This document shows positions 23,901 to 38,900 of a stretch of DNA of 64,000 nt, one piece after another. Source of the DNA: Eledone cirrhosa (Eukaryota); NCBI GenBank assembly GCA_964016885.1, contig OZ024741.1:413106001-413170000 (forward strand), in the 5' to 3' direction. Under the pieces are notes generated by a model that worked only from the letters and a program-made list of their open reading frames with translations, had not been told where the DNA came from and made no database searches. The position numbers were made by a program, and so were the translations under genes. Every line of letters begins with the position of its first letter. Positions within the stretch are counted from its first letter, which is position 1.

Positions 23901-26900
23901 TGTTTCACTTTGTGGGGGAATATTACACCTGTTTCACTTTGTGGGTGAATATTACACCTGTTTCACTTTGGAGGGGAATTATACACCTGTTTCACTTTGG
24001 AGGGGAATATAACACCTGTTTCACATTGGGGGTGAATATTACACCAGTTTCACTTTTGAGGGGAATATTACACCAGTTTCACTTTTGAGTGGAATATTAC
24101 ACTGTTTTACTTTGGGGAAGAATATTACACCTGTTTCACTTTGGAGGGGAATATTACACCTGTTTTACTTCGGGGTTGAATGTTACACCAGTTATAATTT
24201 GGAAGGGAATATTACACCAGTTTCACTTTGGGGCGAATATTACACCTGTTTCAATTTGGAGGGAAATATTACACCAGTTTCACTTTGGAGGTGAATATTA
24301 CACCAGTTTCAATTTGGGGGTGAATATTACACCAGTTTCACTTTAGAGGAGAATATAGCACCAGTTTCACTTTGGGGGTGTAATATTACACCAGTTTTAC
24401 TTTGGAGGGGAATATTACACAAGTTTTACTTTGGGGGTGAACATTTCACCAGTCTCAATCTGGGGATGAATATTACACCAGTTTCACTTTGGGGGTGGAA
24501 TATTACACGAGTTTCACTTTGGAGGGCAATATTACACCAGGTTCAACTTGGGAGTGAACATTACACCAGTTTCGCTTTGGGGGGGGGAATATTACACCTG
24601 TTTCACTTTGGAGGGGAATATTACAACTCTTTCACTTTTGTGGGGAATATTACACCAATTTCACTTTGGAGGGGAACATTACACCTGTTTTACTTTGGAG
24701 GGGACTATTACACCAGTTTCACATCGGTGGGGAATATTACACCTGTTTTGCTTTCAGGGGGAATATTACACCTGTTTCACTTTGGAGGGGAATATTACAC
24801 CTGTTTCAATTTGGATGGTAATATTACACCTGTTTTACTTTGGAAGGGAATATTACACCTTTTTCACTTTGGCAGTGAATATTACACCTGTTTCACTTTG
24901 TGGGGAATATTACACCTATTTCACTTTTGAGATAAATATTACCCCTGTTTCACTTTAGAGGGGAATATTACACCTGTTTCACTTTGAAGGTGTATATTTC
25001 ACCTGTTTTACTTTGGAGGGGAATATTACACCTGTTTTACTTTGGGGGTGAATATTACACCAGTTTCACTTTGGAGGTGAATATTACACCAGTTTGACTT
25101 TGGCGGGGAATATTACACCTGTTTGAATTTGTGGGTGAATATTACACCAGTTTCACTTTGGAGGTGAATATTACACCAGTTTCACTTTGGAGGGGAATAT
25201 TGCACCGGTTTTATTTGGAGGTGAATATTATACCAGTTTCACTTTGGGGGTTAAATATTTCACTAGTTTCAATTTGGCGGTGAATATTACAGCAGTTTCA
25301 CTTTCGAAGGGAATATTACACCAGTTTCACTTTGGAGGTGAATATTACACCAGTTTCACTTTGGAGGTGAATATTACACCAGTTTCACTTTGGGGGGAAT
25401 GTTACACAAGTTTCACTTTGGAGGGGAATATTACACCAGTTTCACTTTGGAGGTGAATACTACACCAGTTTCACTTGGAGGGGAATATGACACCATTTTC
25501 ACATTGGGGGTGAATATTACACCAGTTTCACTTTGGAGGTGAATATTACACCAGTTTCACTTTGGAGGGGAATATTACACCAGTTTCACTTTGGAGGGGA
25601 ATATTACACCAGTTTTACATTGGTGGTGAATATTACACCTGTTTTATTTTGGAGGGGAATATTACACCTGTTTCACTTTGGATGGGAATATTAGACCTGT
25701 TTAATTTGGGGGGGGGGGGGGAATATTACACCTGTTTCACTTTAGAGTGGAATATTACACCTGTTTCACTTTTGAGAGGAATATTACACCAGTTTCAATT
25801 TGGAGGGGAATATTACACCTGTTTCAATTTGGAGGGGAATGTTACACCTGTTTCACCTTGGAGGTGTATATTTCACCTGTTTTACTTTGGAGGGCAATAT
25901 TATACCTGTTTCACTTTGGAGGGGAATATTACACCAGTTTCACTTTGTGGGTAAATATTACACCAGTTTCAATTTGGAGGTGAATATTACACCAGTTACA
26001 CTTTGGAGGGGAATATTACACCAGTTTCACTTTCGGGGTTAAATATTTCACCAGTTTCAATTTGGGGGTGAATATTACAGCAGTTTCGCTTTGGAGGGGA
26101 ATATTACACCAGTTTCACTTTGGGGGTGAATATTACACCAGTTTCACTTTGTGAGTGAATATTACACCAGTTTCACTTTGGAGGTGAATATTACACCAGT
26201 TTCACTTTGGAGGGGAATATTACACCATTTTCACTTTGGCGGGGAATATTACACCAGTTTTACTTTGGGGGGTGAATATTACACCTATTTCAATTTGGAG
26301 GGGAATATTATATCAGTTTCACTTTGGGGGTTAATATTTAACCAGTTTCAATTTGGGGATGAATATTACAGCAGTTTCACTTTGGACGGGAATATTACAC
26401 CTGTTTTATTTAGGAGGGTAATATTACACCTGTTTCACTTTGGATGGGAATATTAGACGTGTTTAACTTGGGGAGGGGGGGAATATTACACCTGTTTCAC
26501 TTGCGGGGGGGATATTACACAAGTTTCTTTGTGGAAGGGAATATTACAGCTGTTTCACTTTGGATGGGAATATTACACCAGTTTCACTTTGGAGGGAAAT
26601 ATTACCCCTGGTTCACTTTTGAGAGGAATATTACACCAGTTTCAATTTGGAGGGGAATATTATACCTGTTTCACTTTAGAGGGGAATATTACAGCTGTTT
26701 CACTTTGGAGGGGAATATTATACCATTTACACTTTGGGGGTTAATATTTCACCAGTTTCACTATTGGAGGGGAATATTACACCAGTTTCACTTTGGAGGT
26801 GAATATAACACCAGTTTCACTTTGGAGGGGAATATTACATCAGTTTCACTTTGGAGGGGAATATTACACCAGTTTTACTTTGGGGATGAATATTACACCA

Positions 26901-29900
26901 GTTTTACTTTGGAGGTGAATATTACACCAGTCCCACTTTGGAGGGGAATATTTCATCAGTTTCAATTTGGGGGTGAATATTACAGCAATTTCACTTTGGA
27001 GGGGAGTATTACACCTGATTTACTTTGGAGGGGAATATTACAACTGTTTCACTTTAGTGGGGAATATTGCACCAGTTTCAATTTGGAGGGGAATATTACA
27101 CCTGTTTCACTTTGGGGGTGAATATTACACCAGTTTCACTTTTGAGTGGAATATTACACTGTTTTACTTTGGGGAAGAATATTACACCTGTTTCACTTTG
27201 GAGGGGAATATTACACCTGTTTTACTTCGGGGTTGAATGTTACACCAGTTATAATTTGGAAGGGAATATTACACCAGTTTCACTTTGGGGCGAATATTAC
27301 ACCTGTTTCAATTTGGAGGGAAATATTACACCAGTTTCACTTTGGGGGAATATTACACAAGTTTCAATCTAGAGATGAATATTACACCTGTTTCACTTTG
27401 GGGGTGAATATTACACCAGTTTCACTTTGGAGGTGAATATTACACCAGTTTCAATTTGGGGGTGAATATTACACCAGTTTCACTTTAGAGGAGAATATAA
27501 CACCAGTTTCACTTTGGGGGTGGAATATTACACCAGTTTTACTTTGGAGGGGAATATTACACAAGTTTTACTTTGGGGGTGAACATTTCACCAGTCTCAA
27601 TCTGGGGATGAATATTTCAGCAGTTTCACTTTGGAGGGGAATATTACACCAGTTTCACTTTGGGGGTGGAATATTACACGAGTTTCACTTTGGAGGGCAA
27701 TATTACACCAGGTTCAATTTTGGAGTGAACATTAAACCAGTTTCGCTTTGGGGGGGAATATTACACCTGTTTCACTTTGGAGGGGAATATTACAACTCTT
27801 TCACTTTTGTGGGGAATATTACACCAATTTCACTTTGGAGGGGAACATTACACCTGTTTTACTTTGGAGGGGACTATTACACCAGTTTCACATGGGTGGG
27901 GAATATTACACCTGTTTTGCTTTCAGGGGGAATATTACACCTGTTATGCTTTCAGTGGGAATATTACACATGTTTCACTTTGGAGGGGAATATTACACCT
28001 GTTTTATTATGGAGGGGAATATTACACCTGTTTCACTTTGGAGTGGAATATTACACCTGTTTCAATTGGGGGGAAGGGGTGATATTACACCTGTTTCACT
28101 TTGGAGGGGAATATTACACCAGTTTCACTTTCGAGGGGAATATTACACCAGTTATACTTTGGGGGTGAATATTACACCAGTTTTACTTTGGAGGTGAATA
28201 TTACACCTGTTTCACTTTGAAGGGGAATATTACACCAGTTTCACTTTCGGGTGAATATTACACCAGTTTCAATTTGGAGAGGAATATTGCACCAGTTCCA
28301 CTTTGGAGGGGAATATTACACCTGTTTTACTTTGGAGGGGATTATTACACCAGTTACTCATTGCAGTTGAATATTACACCTGTTTCACTTTGGAGGGGAA
28401 TATTACACCTGTTTGAATTTGGATGGGAATATTAGGCCTATTTAACTTTTGGGGGGAATATTACACCTGTTTCACTTTGGAGTAGAATATTACACCTCTT
28501 TCACTTGAGGGGGGGGGGGATATTACACCTGTTTCACTTTGGAGGGGAATATTACAGCTGTTTCACTTTGGATGAGAATATTACACTGGTTTCACTTTGG
28601 AGGGCAATATTACACCTTTTTCACTTTGGAGGGGAATATTACACCAGTTTCACTTTGGCGGGGAATATTACACCAGTTTCACTTATGAGGGGAATATTAC
28701 ACCAGTTTCACTTTGGGGAGTTAAACATTTCACCAGTTTACCTTTGGGATGAATATGACACCAGTTTCACTTTGCGGGTGAATATTACACCAGTTTCACT
28801 TTGGAGGGGAATATTACACCTGTTTCACTTTGGAGGTGAATATTATACCAGTTTAACTTTGGAGGGGAATATTACACCAGTTTCACTTTGGAGGTGAATG
28901 TTACACCAGTTTCAATTTGGAGGGGAATATTACACCAGTTTCACTTTCGAAGGGAATATTACACCAGTTTCACTTTGGCGGTTAAATATTTCTCCAGTTT
29001 TAATTTGGGGGTGAATATTACAGCAGTTTCACTTTGGAAGGGAATATTACACCAGTTTCACTTTGCAGGGGAATATTACACCCGTTTCACTTTGAGGGAG
29101 GGGGGGGGAATATTACACCAGTTTCACTCTAGAGATGAATATACACCAGTTTCACTTTGCGGGTGAATATTACACCAGTTTCACTTTGGGGGTGAATATT
29201 ACACCAGTTTTACTTTGGAGGTGAATAATACACCAGTTTCACTTTGGGGGTGAATATTACACCAGTCTTACTTTGGGGGTGAATATTACACCAGTTTTAC
29301 TTTGGAGGTGAATAATACACCAGTTTCACTTTGGGGGTGAATATTACACCATTTTCAATTTGGATGGGAATATTACACCAGTTGCATTTGGAGGAGAATA
29401 TTACACCAGTTTCACTTTGGCGGTTAAATAATTCACCAGTTTCAATTTGGGGCTGAATATTACAGCAGTTTCACTTTGGATGTGAATATTACACCAGTTT
29501 CACTTTGGGGGCAATATTACACCAGTTTCACTTTGGAGGGGAATATTACAGCAGTTTCACTTTGGAGCGGAATATTAAACGTGTTTCACTTTGAGGGTGA
29601 ATATTACACCAGTTTCAATTTGAAGGTGAATATTACACCAGTTTCACTTTGGAGGGGAATATTACACCCGTTTCACTTTGTGGTGGGGGGGGGGGGGAAT
29701 ATTACACCAGTTTCACTCTAGAGATGAATTACACCAGTTTCTCATTGGAGTTGAATATTACACCTGTTATGCTTTCAGTGGGAATATTACACATGTTTCA
29801 ATTGGAGGGGAATATTACACCTGTTTTACTTTGGAGGGGACTATTACACCAGTTTCTCATTGGAGTTGAATATTACACCTGTTATGCTTTCAGTGGGAAT

Positions 29901-32900
29901 ATTACACATGTTTCACTTTGGAGGGGAATATTACACCTGTTTCACTTTGGAGTGGAATATTACACCTGTTTCACTTGGGGGGAAGGGGTGATATTACACC
30001 TGTTTCGCTTTGGAGGGGAATATTACACCAGTTTCACTTTCGAGGGGAATATTACACCAGTTATACTTTGGGGATGAATATTACACCAGTTTTACTTTGG
30101 AGGTGAATATTACACCTGTTTCACTTTGAAGGGGAATATTACACCAGTTTCACTTTGGGGGTGAATATTACACCAGTTTCAATTTGGAGAGGAATATTGC
30201 ACCAGTTCCACTTTGGAGGGGAATATTACACCTGTTTTACTTTGGAGGGGATTATTACACCAGTTACTCATTGCAGTTGAATATTACACCTGTTTCACTT
30301 TGGAGGGGAATATTACACCTGTTTTATTTTGGAGGGAAATATTACACCTGTTTCAATTTGGATGGGAATATAAGGCCTATTTAACTTTTGGGGGGAATAT
30401 TACACCTGTTTCACTTTGCAGGGGAATATTACAGCTGTTTCACTTTGGATGAGAATATTACACTGGTTTCACTTTGGAGGGCAATTTTACACCTGTTTCA
30501 CTTTGGAGGGGAATATTACAGCAGTTTCACTTTGGCGGGGAATATTACACCAGTTTCACTTAGGAGGGGAATATTACACCAGTTTCACTTTGGGGGGGTT
30601 AAACATTTCACCAGTTTACCTTTGGGGATGAATATGACACCAGTTTCACTTTGCGGGTGAATATTACACCAGTTTCACTTTCGAGGGGAATATTACACCT
30701 GTTTCACTTTGGAGGTGAATGTTACACCAGTTTCAATTTGGAGGGGAATATTACACCAGTTTCACTTTGGAAGGGAATATTACACCAGTTTCACTTTGGC
30801 GGTTAAATATTTCACCAGTTTTAATTTTGGGGTGAATATTACAGCAGTTTCACTTTGGAAGGGAATATTACACCAGTTTCACTTTGGAGGGGAATATTAC
30901 ACCAGTTTCACTTTGGAGGGGAACATTACACCAGTTTCACTTTGGGGGTGAATATTACACCAGTTTCACTTTGGAGGTGAATATTACACCAGTTTTACTT
31001 TGGGGATGAATATTACAACAGTTTTACTTTGGAGGTGAATAATACACCAGTTTCACTTTGGGCGTGAATATTACACCATTTTCAATTTGGATGGGAATAT
31101 TACACCAGTTGCATTTGGAGGAGAATATTACACCGGTTTCACTTTGGCGGTTAAATAATTCACCAGTTTCAATTTAAGGCTGAATATTACAGCAGTTTCA
31201 CTTTGGATGTGAATATTACACCAGTTTCACTTTGGGGGCAATATTACACCAGTTTCACTTTGGAGGGGAATATTACAGCAGTTTCACTTTGGAGCGGAAT
31301 ATTAAACGTGTTTCACTTTGAGGGTGAATATTACACCAGTTTCAATTTGAAGGTGAATATTAGACCAGTTTCACTTTGGAGGGGAATAATACACCCGTTT
31401 CACTTTGGGGGGGAATATTACACCAGTTTCACTCTAGAGATGAATACTACACCAGTTTCACTTTGCGGGTGAATATTACACCAGTTTCACTTTGGAGTGG
31501 AATATTACACCGGTTTCCCTTTGGGGGTGAATATTACACCAGTTTCACTTTCGAGCTGAATATTACACCAGTTTCAATTTGGGGGTGAATATTACACCAG
31601 TTTCATTTTGGGGGTAAATATTACACCAGTTTCACTTTGGAGGGGAATATTACACCAGTTTTACTTCTGAGGTGAATATTACACCAGTTTTACTTTGGAG
31701 GTGAATATTAAACCTATTTCACATTGGAGGTGAAGATTACACCAGTTTCATTTTGGGGGTGATTATTACACAAGTTTCACTTTGGAGGGAAATATTACAG
31801 CAGTTTCACTTTGGAGGGGAATATTACACCAGTTTCACTTTGGGGGGAATATTACACCAGTTTAACTTTGGGGGGAATATTACACTAGTTTAACTTTGGA
31901 GCGGAATATTACACGAGTTTCACTCTGGAGATGAATATTACACCAGTTTCACTTTGGAGGTGAATATTACACCAGTTTCAATTTGGGGGTGAATATTACA
32001 CCAGTTTCCCTATGGAGGTGAATATTACACCAGTTTCACTTTGGAGGGGAATATTACACCAGTTTCACTTTAGAGGTGAATATTACACCAGTTTCAATTT
32101 GGAGGGGAATATTACACCAGTTTCACTTTGGAGGGGAATATTACAGCAGTTTCACTTTGGGGCTTAAACATTTCACCAGTTTCCCTTTGGGGATGAATAT
32201 TACACCAGTTTCACTTTGGGGATGAATATTACACCAGTTTCACTTTGGAGGGGAATATTACACCTGTTTCACTTGGAGGTGAATATTACCCCTGTTTCAG
32301 TTTGGAGAGGAATATTACACCAGTTTCAATTTGGAGGGGAATATTACACCAGTTTCACTTTGAGGGGAATATTACACCAGTTTTACTTTGGAGGTGAATA
32401 ATACACCAGTTTCACTTTGGGGGTGAATATTACACCATTTTCAATTTGGATGGGAATATTACACCACTTGCATTTGGAGGAGAATATTACACCAGTTTCA
32501 CTTTGGCGGTTAAATAATTCACCAGTTTCAATTTGGGGCTGAATATTACAGCAGTTTCACTTTGGATGTGAATATTACACCAGTTTCACTTTGGGGGCAA
32601 TATTACACCAGTTTCACTTTGGAGGGGAATATTACAGCAGTTTCACTTTGGAGCGGAATATTAAACGTGTTTCACTTTGAGGGTGAATATTACACCAGTT
32701 TCAATTTGAAGGTGAATATTACACCAGTTTCACTTTGGAGGGGAATATTACACCTGTTTCACTTTGTGGGGGGGGGGGGATATTACACCAGTTTCATTCT
32801 AGAGATGAATATACACCAGTTTCACTTTGCGGGTGAATATTACACCAGTTTCACTTTCGAGCTGAATATTACACCAGTTTCAATTTGGGGGTGAATATTA

Positions 32901-35900
32901 CACCAGTTTCATTTGGGGGGTAAATATTACACCAGTTTCACTTTGGAGGGGAATATTACACCAGTTTTACTTCTGAGGTGAATATTACACCAGTTTTACT
33001 TTGGAGGTGAATATTTAACCTGTTTCACATTGGAGGTGAAGATTACACCAGTTTCATTTTGGGGGTTAAATATTTCACCAGTTTCAATTTGGGGGTGAAT
33101 ATTACAGCAGTTTCACTTTGGAGAGGAATATTACACCAGTTTCACTTTGGCGGGGAATATTACACCAGTTTCCATTTGGAGTGGAATATTACACCAGTTT
33201 CATTTTGGAGGGGAATATTACACCAGTTTAACTTTGGTGGGGAATATTAGACCAGTTTCACTTTGGGGGGAATATTACACCAGTTTCACTTTGGAGGGAA
33301 TATTACACAAGTTTCACTCTGGAGATGAATATTACACCAGTTTCACTTTGGGGGTGAATATTACACCAGTTTCACTTTGGAGGGGAATATTACACCATTT
33401 TCACTTTGGGGGTGAATATTACACCAGTTTCATTTTAGGGTTGAATATAACACCATATTCACTTTGGAGGGGAATATTACACCAGTTTCACTTTGGAAAG
33501 GAATATTACAACAGTTTTAATTTGGGGGTGAATATTACACCAGTTTTACTTTGGAGTTTAATATTACACCTGTTTCATTTTGAAGGGGAATATTACACCA
33601 GTTTCACTTTGGCGGTGAATATTACACCAGTTTCAATTTGCAGAGGAATATTACACCAGTTCCACTTTGCAGGGGAATATTATACCAGTTTCACTTTGTG
33701 GGTTAATATTTCACCAGTTTCAATTTGGGCGTGAATATTAAAGCAGTTTCACTTCGGAGGGGAATATTACACCTGTTTTACTTTGGAGGGGACTATTACA
33801 CCAGTTTCTCATTGGAGTTGAATATTACACCTGTTATGCTTTCAGTGGGAATATTACACATGTTTCACTTTGGAGGGGAATATTACACCTGTTTTATTAT
33901 GGAGGGGAATATTACACCAGCTTCAATTTGGATGGGAATATTAGTCCTGTTGTAACTTTGGGGGGAATATTACACCTGTTTCACTTTGGAGTGGAATATT
34001 ACACCTGTTTCACTTGGGGGGAAGGGGTAATATTACACCTGTTTCACGTTGGAGGGGAATATTACACCAGTTTCACTTTCAAGGGGAATATTACACCAGT
34101 TATACTTTGGGGATGAATATTACACCAGTTTTACTTTGGAGGTGAATATTACACCTGTTTCACTTTGAAGGGGAATATTACACCAGTTTCAATTTGGAGA
34201 GGAATATTGCACCAGTTCCATTTTGGAAGGGAATATTACACCTGTTTTACTTTGGAGGGGATTATTACACCAGTTACTCATTGCAGTTGAATATTACACC
34301 TGTTTCACTTTGGAGGGGAATATTACACCTGTTTTATTTTAGAGGGAAATATTACACCTGTTTCAATTTGGATGGGAATATAAGGCCTATTTAACTTTTG
34401 GGGGGAATATTACACCTGTTTCACTTTGGATGAGAATATTACACTGGTTTCACTTTGGAGGGCAATTTTACACCTGTTTCACTTGGGAGGGGAATATTAC
34501 AGCAGTTTCACTTTGGCGGGGAATATTACACCAGTTTTACTTAGGAGGGGAATATTACACCAGTTTCACTTTGGGGGGGTTAAACATTTCACCAGTTTAC
34601 CTTTGGGGATGAATATGACACCAGTTTCACTTTGCGGGTGAATATTACACCAGTTTCACTTTGGAGGGGAATATTACACCTGTTTCACTTTGGAGGTGAA
34701 TGTTACACCAGTTTCAATTTGGAGGGGAATATTACACCAGTTTCACTTTGGAAGGGAATATTACACCAGTTTCACTTTGGCGGTTAAATATTTCACCAGT
34801 TTTAATTTTGGGGTGAATATTACAGCAGTTTCACTTTGGAAGGGAATATTACACCAGTTTCACTTTGGAGGGGAATATTACACCAGTTTCACTTTGGAGG
34901 GGAACATTACACCAGTTTCACTTTGGGGGTGAATATTACACCAGTTTCACTTTGGAGGTGAATATTACACCAGTTTTACTTTGGGGCTGAATATTACACC
35001 AGTTTTACTTTGGAGGTGAATAATACACCAGTTTCACTTTGGGGGTGAATATTACACCATTTTCAATTTAGATGGGGATATTACACCAGTTGCATTTGGA
35101 AGAGAATATTACACCAGTTTCACTTTGGCGGTTAAATAATTCACCAGTTTCAATTTAAGGCTGAATATTACACCAGTTTCACTTTGGAGGGGAATATTAC
35201 AGCAGTTTCACATTGGAGCGGAATATTAAACGTGTTTCACTTTCAGGGTGAATATTACACCAGTTTCAATTTGAAGGTGAATATTAGACCAGTTTCACTT
35301 TGGAGGGGAATATTACACCCGTTTCACTTTGGGGGGGAATATTACACCAGTTTCACTCTAGAGATGAATACTACACCAGTTTCACTTTGCGGGTGAATAT
35401 TACACCAGTTTCACTTTGGAGTGGAATATTACACCGGTTTTTTCTTTGGGGGTGAATATTACACCAGTTTCACTTTCGAGCTGAATATTACACCAGTTTC
35501 AATTTGGGGGTGAATATTACACCAGTTTCATTTTGGGGGTAAATATTACACCAGTTTCACTTTGGAGGGGAATATTACACCAGTTTTACTTCTGAGGTGA
35601 ATATTACACCAGTTTTACTTTGGAGGTGAATATTAAACCTATTTCACATTGGAGGTGAAGATTACACCAGTTTCATTTTGGGGGTGATTATTACACAGGT
35701 TTCAATTTGGAGGGGAATATTACACCAGTTTCACTTTGGGGGTTAAATATTTCACCAGTTTCAATTTGGGGGTGAATATTACACCAGTTTCATTTTGGGG
35801 GTAAATATTACACCAGTTTCACTTTGGAGGGGAATATTACACCAGTTTTACTTCTGAGGTGAATATTACACCAGTTTTACTTTGCAGGTGAATATTAAAC

Positions 35901-38900
35901 CTATTTCACATTGGAGGTGAAGATTACACCAGTTTCATTTTGGGGGTGATTATTACACAAGTTTCAATTTGGAGGGGAATATTACACCAGTTTCACTTTG
36001 GGGGTTAAATATTTCACCAGTTTCAATTTGGGGGTGAATATTACAGCAGTTTCACTTTGGAGGGGAATATTACACCAGTTTAACTTTGGTGGGGAATATT
36101 AGACCAGTTTCACTTTGGGGGGAATATTACACCAGTTTAACTTTGGGGGGAATATTACACTAGTTTAACTTTGGAGCGGAATATTACACGAGTTTCACTC
36201 TGGAGGTGAATATTACACCAGTTTCACTTTGGAGGTGAATATTACACCAGTTTCAATTTGGGGGTGAATATTACACCAGTTTCCCTATGGAGGTGAATAT
36301 TACACCAGTTTCACTTTGGAGGGGAATATTACACCAGTTTCACTTTAGAGGTGAATATTACACCAGTTTCAATTTGGAGGGGAATATTACACCAGTTTCA
36401 CTTTGGAGGGGAATATTACAGCAGTTTCACTTTGGGGCTTAAACATTTCACCAGTTTCCCTTTGGGGATGAATATTACACCAGTTTCACATTGGGGATGA
36501 ATATTACACCAGTTTCACTTTGGAGGGGAATATTACACCTGTTTCACTTTGGAGGTGAATATTACCCCAGTTTCAGTTTGGAGAGGAATATTACACCAGT
36601 TTCAATTTGGAGGGGAATATTACACCAGTTTCACTTTGAGGGGAATATTACACCAGTTTCTCTCTGGAGATGAATATTACAGTAGTTTCACTTTGGGGGT
36701 GAATATTACACCAGTTTTACTTTGGAGGTGAATATTACACCAGTTTCACTTTCGGAGTGAATATTACACCAGTTTCAATTTGGAGGGGAATATTACACGA
36801 GTTGCATTTGAAGGAGTATTTTACACCAGTTTCACTTTGGTGGTTAAATATTCCACCAGTTTCAATTTGGGGGTGAATATTACAGCAGTTTCTCTTTGGA
36901 GGGGAATATTACAGCAGCTTCACTTTGGATGTGAATATTACACCAGTTTCACTTTGGGGGTGAATATTACACCAGTTTCACTTTGGAGGGGAATATTACA
37001 CCAGTTTCACTTTGGGTGTGAATATTACACCATTTTCACTTTGGAGGGGAATATTACACCTGTTTCACTTTGGGGGTGAATATTACACCAGTTTCAATTT
37101 GGAGTGGAATATTACACCAGTTTCACTTTGGGAGGATAATAATACACCAGTTTCTCTCTGGAGATGAATATTACACCAGTTTCAATTTGGAGGGGAATAT
37201 TACACCAGTTTTACTTCTGAGGTGAATATTACACCAGTTTTACTTTGGAGGTGAATATTAAACCTGTTTCACTTTGGAGTGGAAGATTACACCAGTTTCA
37301 TTTTGGGGGTGATTATTACACCAGTTTCAATTTGGAGGGGAATATTACACCAGTTTCACTTTGGGGGTTAAATATTTCACCAGTTTCAATTTGGGTGTGA
37401 ATATTACAGCAGTTTCACTTTGGTGGGGAATATTACACCAGTTTCACTTTGGCGGGGAATATTACACCAGTTTCAATTTGGAGGGGAATATTACACCAGT
37501 TTCACTTTGGAGGGGAATATTACACCAGTATCACTTTGGTGGGTAATATCACACCAGTTTCACTTTGGCGGGGAATATTACACCAGTTTCAATTTGGACG
37601 GGAATATTACACCAGTTTAACTTTGGGGGGGAATATCACACTAGTTTAACTTTGGAGCGTAATATTACACCAGTTTCACTCTGGAGATGAATATTACACC
37701 AGTTTCAATTTGGGGGTGAATATTACACCAGTTTCACTTTGGAGGGGAATATTACACCAGTTTCACTTTAGAGGTGAATATTACACCAGTTTCACTTTTG
37801 AGGGGAATATTACACCAGTTTCACTTTGGGGGTTAAACATTTCACCAGTTTCCCTTTGGGGATGAATATTACACCAGTTTCACTTTGGGGATGAATATTA
37901 CACCAGTTTCACTTTGGAGGGGAATATTACACCTGTTTCACTTTGGAGGTGAATATTACACCAGTTTCAGTTTGGAGAGGAATATTACACCAGTTTCACT
38001 TTGGAGGGGAATATTAAACCAGTTTCACTTTGGAGGTAAATATTACACCAGTTTCACTTCGGAGGGGAATATTACACCAGTTTCACATTGGAGGTGAATA
38101 TTACACCAGTTTCACTTTGGGGGTTAATATTTCACCAGTTTCAATTTGGGGGTGATATTACAGCTGTTTTAATTTGGAGGGGAATATTACACGAGTTGCA
38201 TTTGGATGAGTATATTACACCAGTTTCACTTTGGTGGTTAAATATTTCACCCGTTTCAATTTGGGGGTGAATATTACAGCAGTTTCACTTTGGAGGGGAA
38301 TATTGCAGCAGTTTCACTTTGGATGTGAATATTACACCAGTTTCACTTTGGGAGTGAATATTACACCAGTTTCACTTTGGAGGTGAATATTACACCAGTT
38401 TCACTCTGGAGGTGAATATTACACCAGTTTCAATTTGGAGGGGAATATTACACCAGTTTCACTTTGGAGGTGAATATTACACCAGTTTCACTTTGGAGGG
38501 GAATATTACACCAGTTTCACTTTGGAGGTGAATATTACACCAGTTTCATTTTGGGGGTTAAATATTTCAGCAGTTTCAATTTGGGGGTGAATATTACAGC
38601 AGTTTCACTTTGGTGGGGAATATTACACTAGTTTTACTTCTGAGGTTAATATTACACCAGTTTTACTTTGTAGGTGAATATTAAACCTGTTTCACTTTGG
38701 AGGGGAAGATTACACCAGTTTCATTTTGGGGGTGATTATTACACCAGTTTCAATTTGAAGGGGAATATTACATCAGTTTCACTTTGGGGGTTAAATATTT
38801 CACCAGTTTCAATTTGGGGGGGAATATTACAGCAGTTTCACTTTGGAGGGGAATATTACACCAGTTTCACTTTGTAGGGGAATATTACACCAGTTTCACT

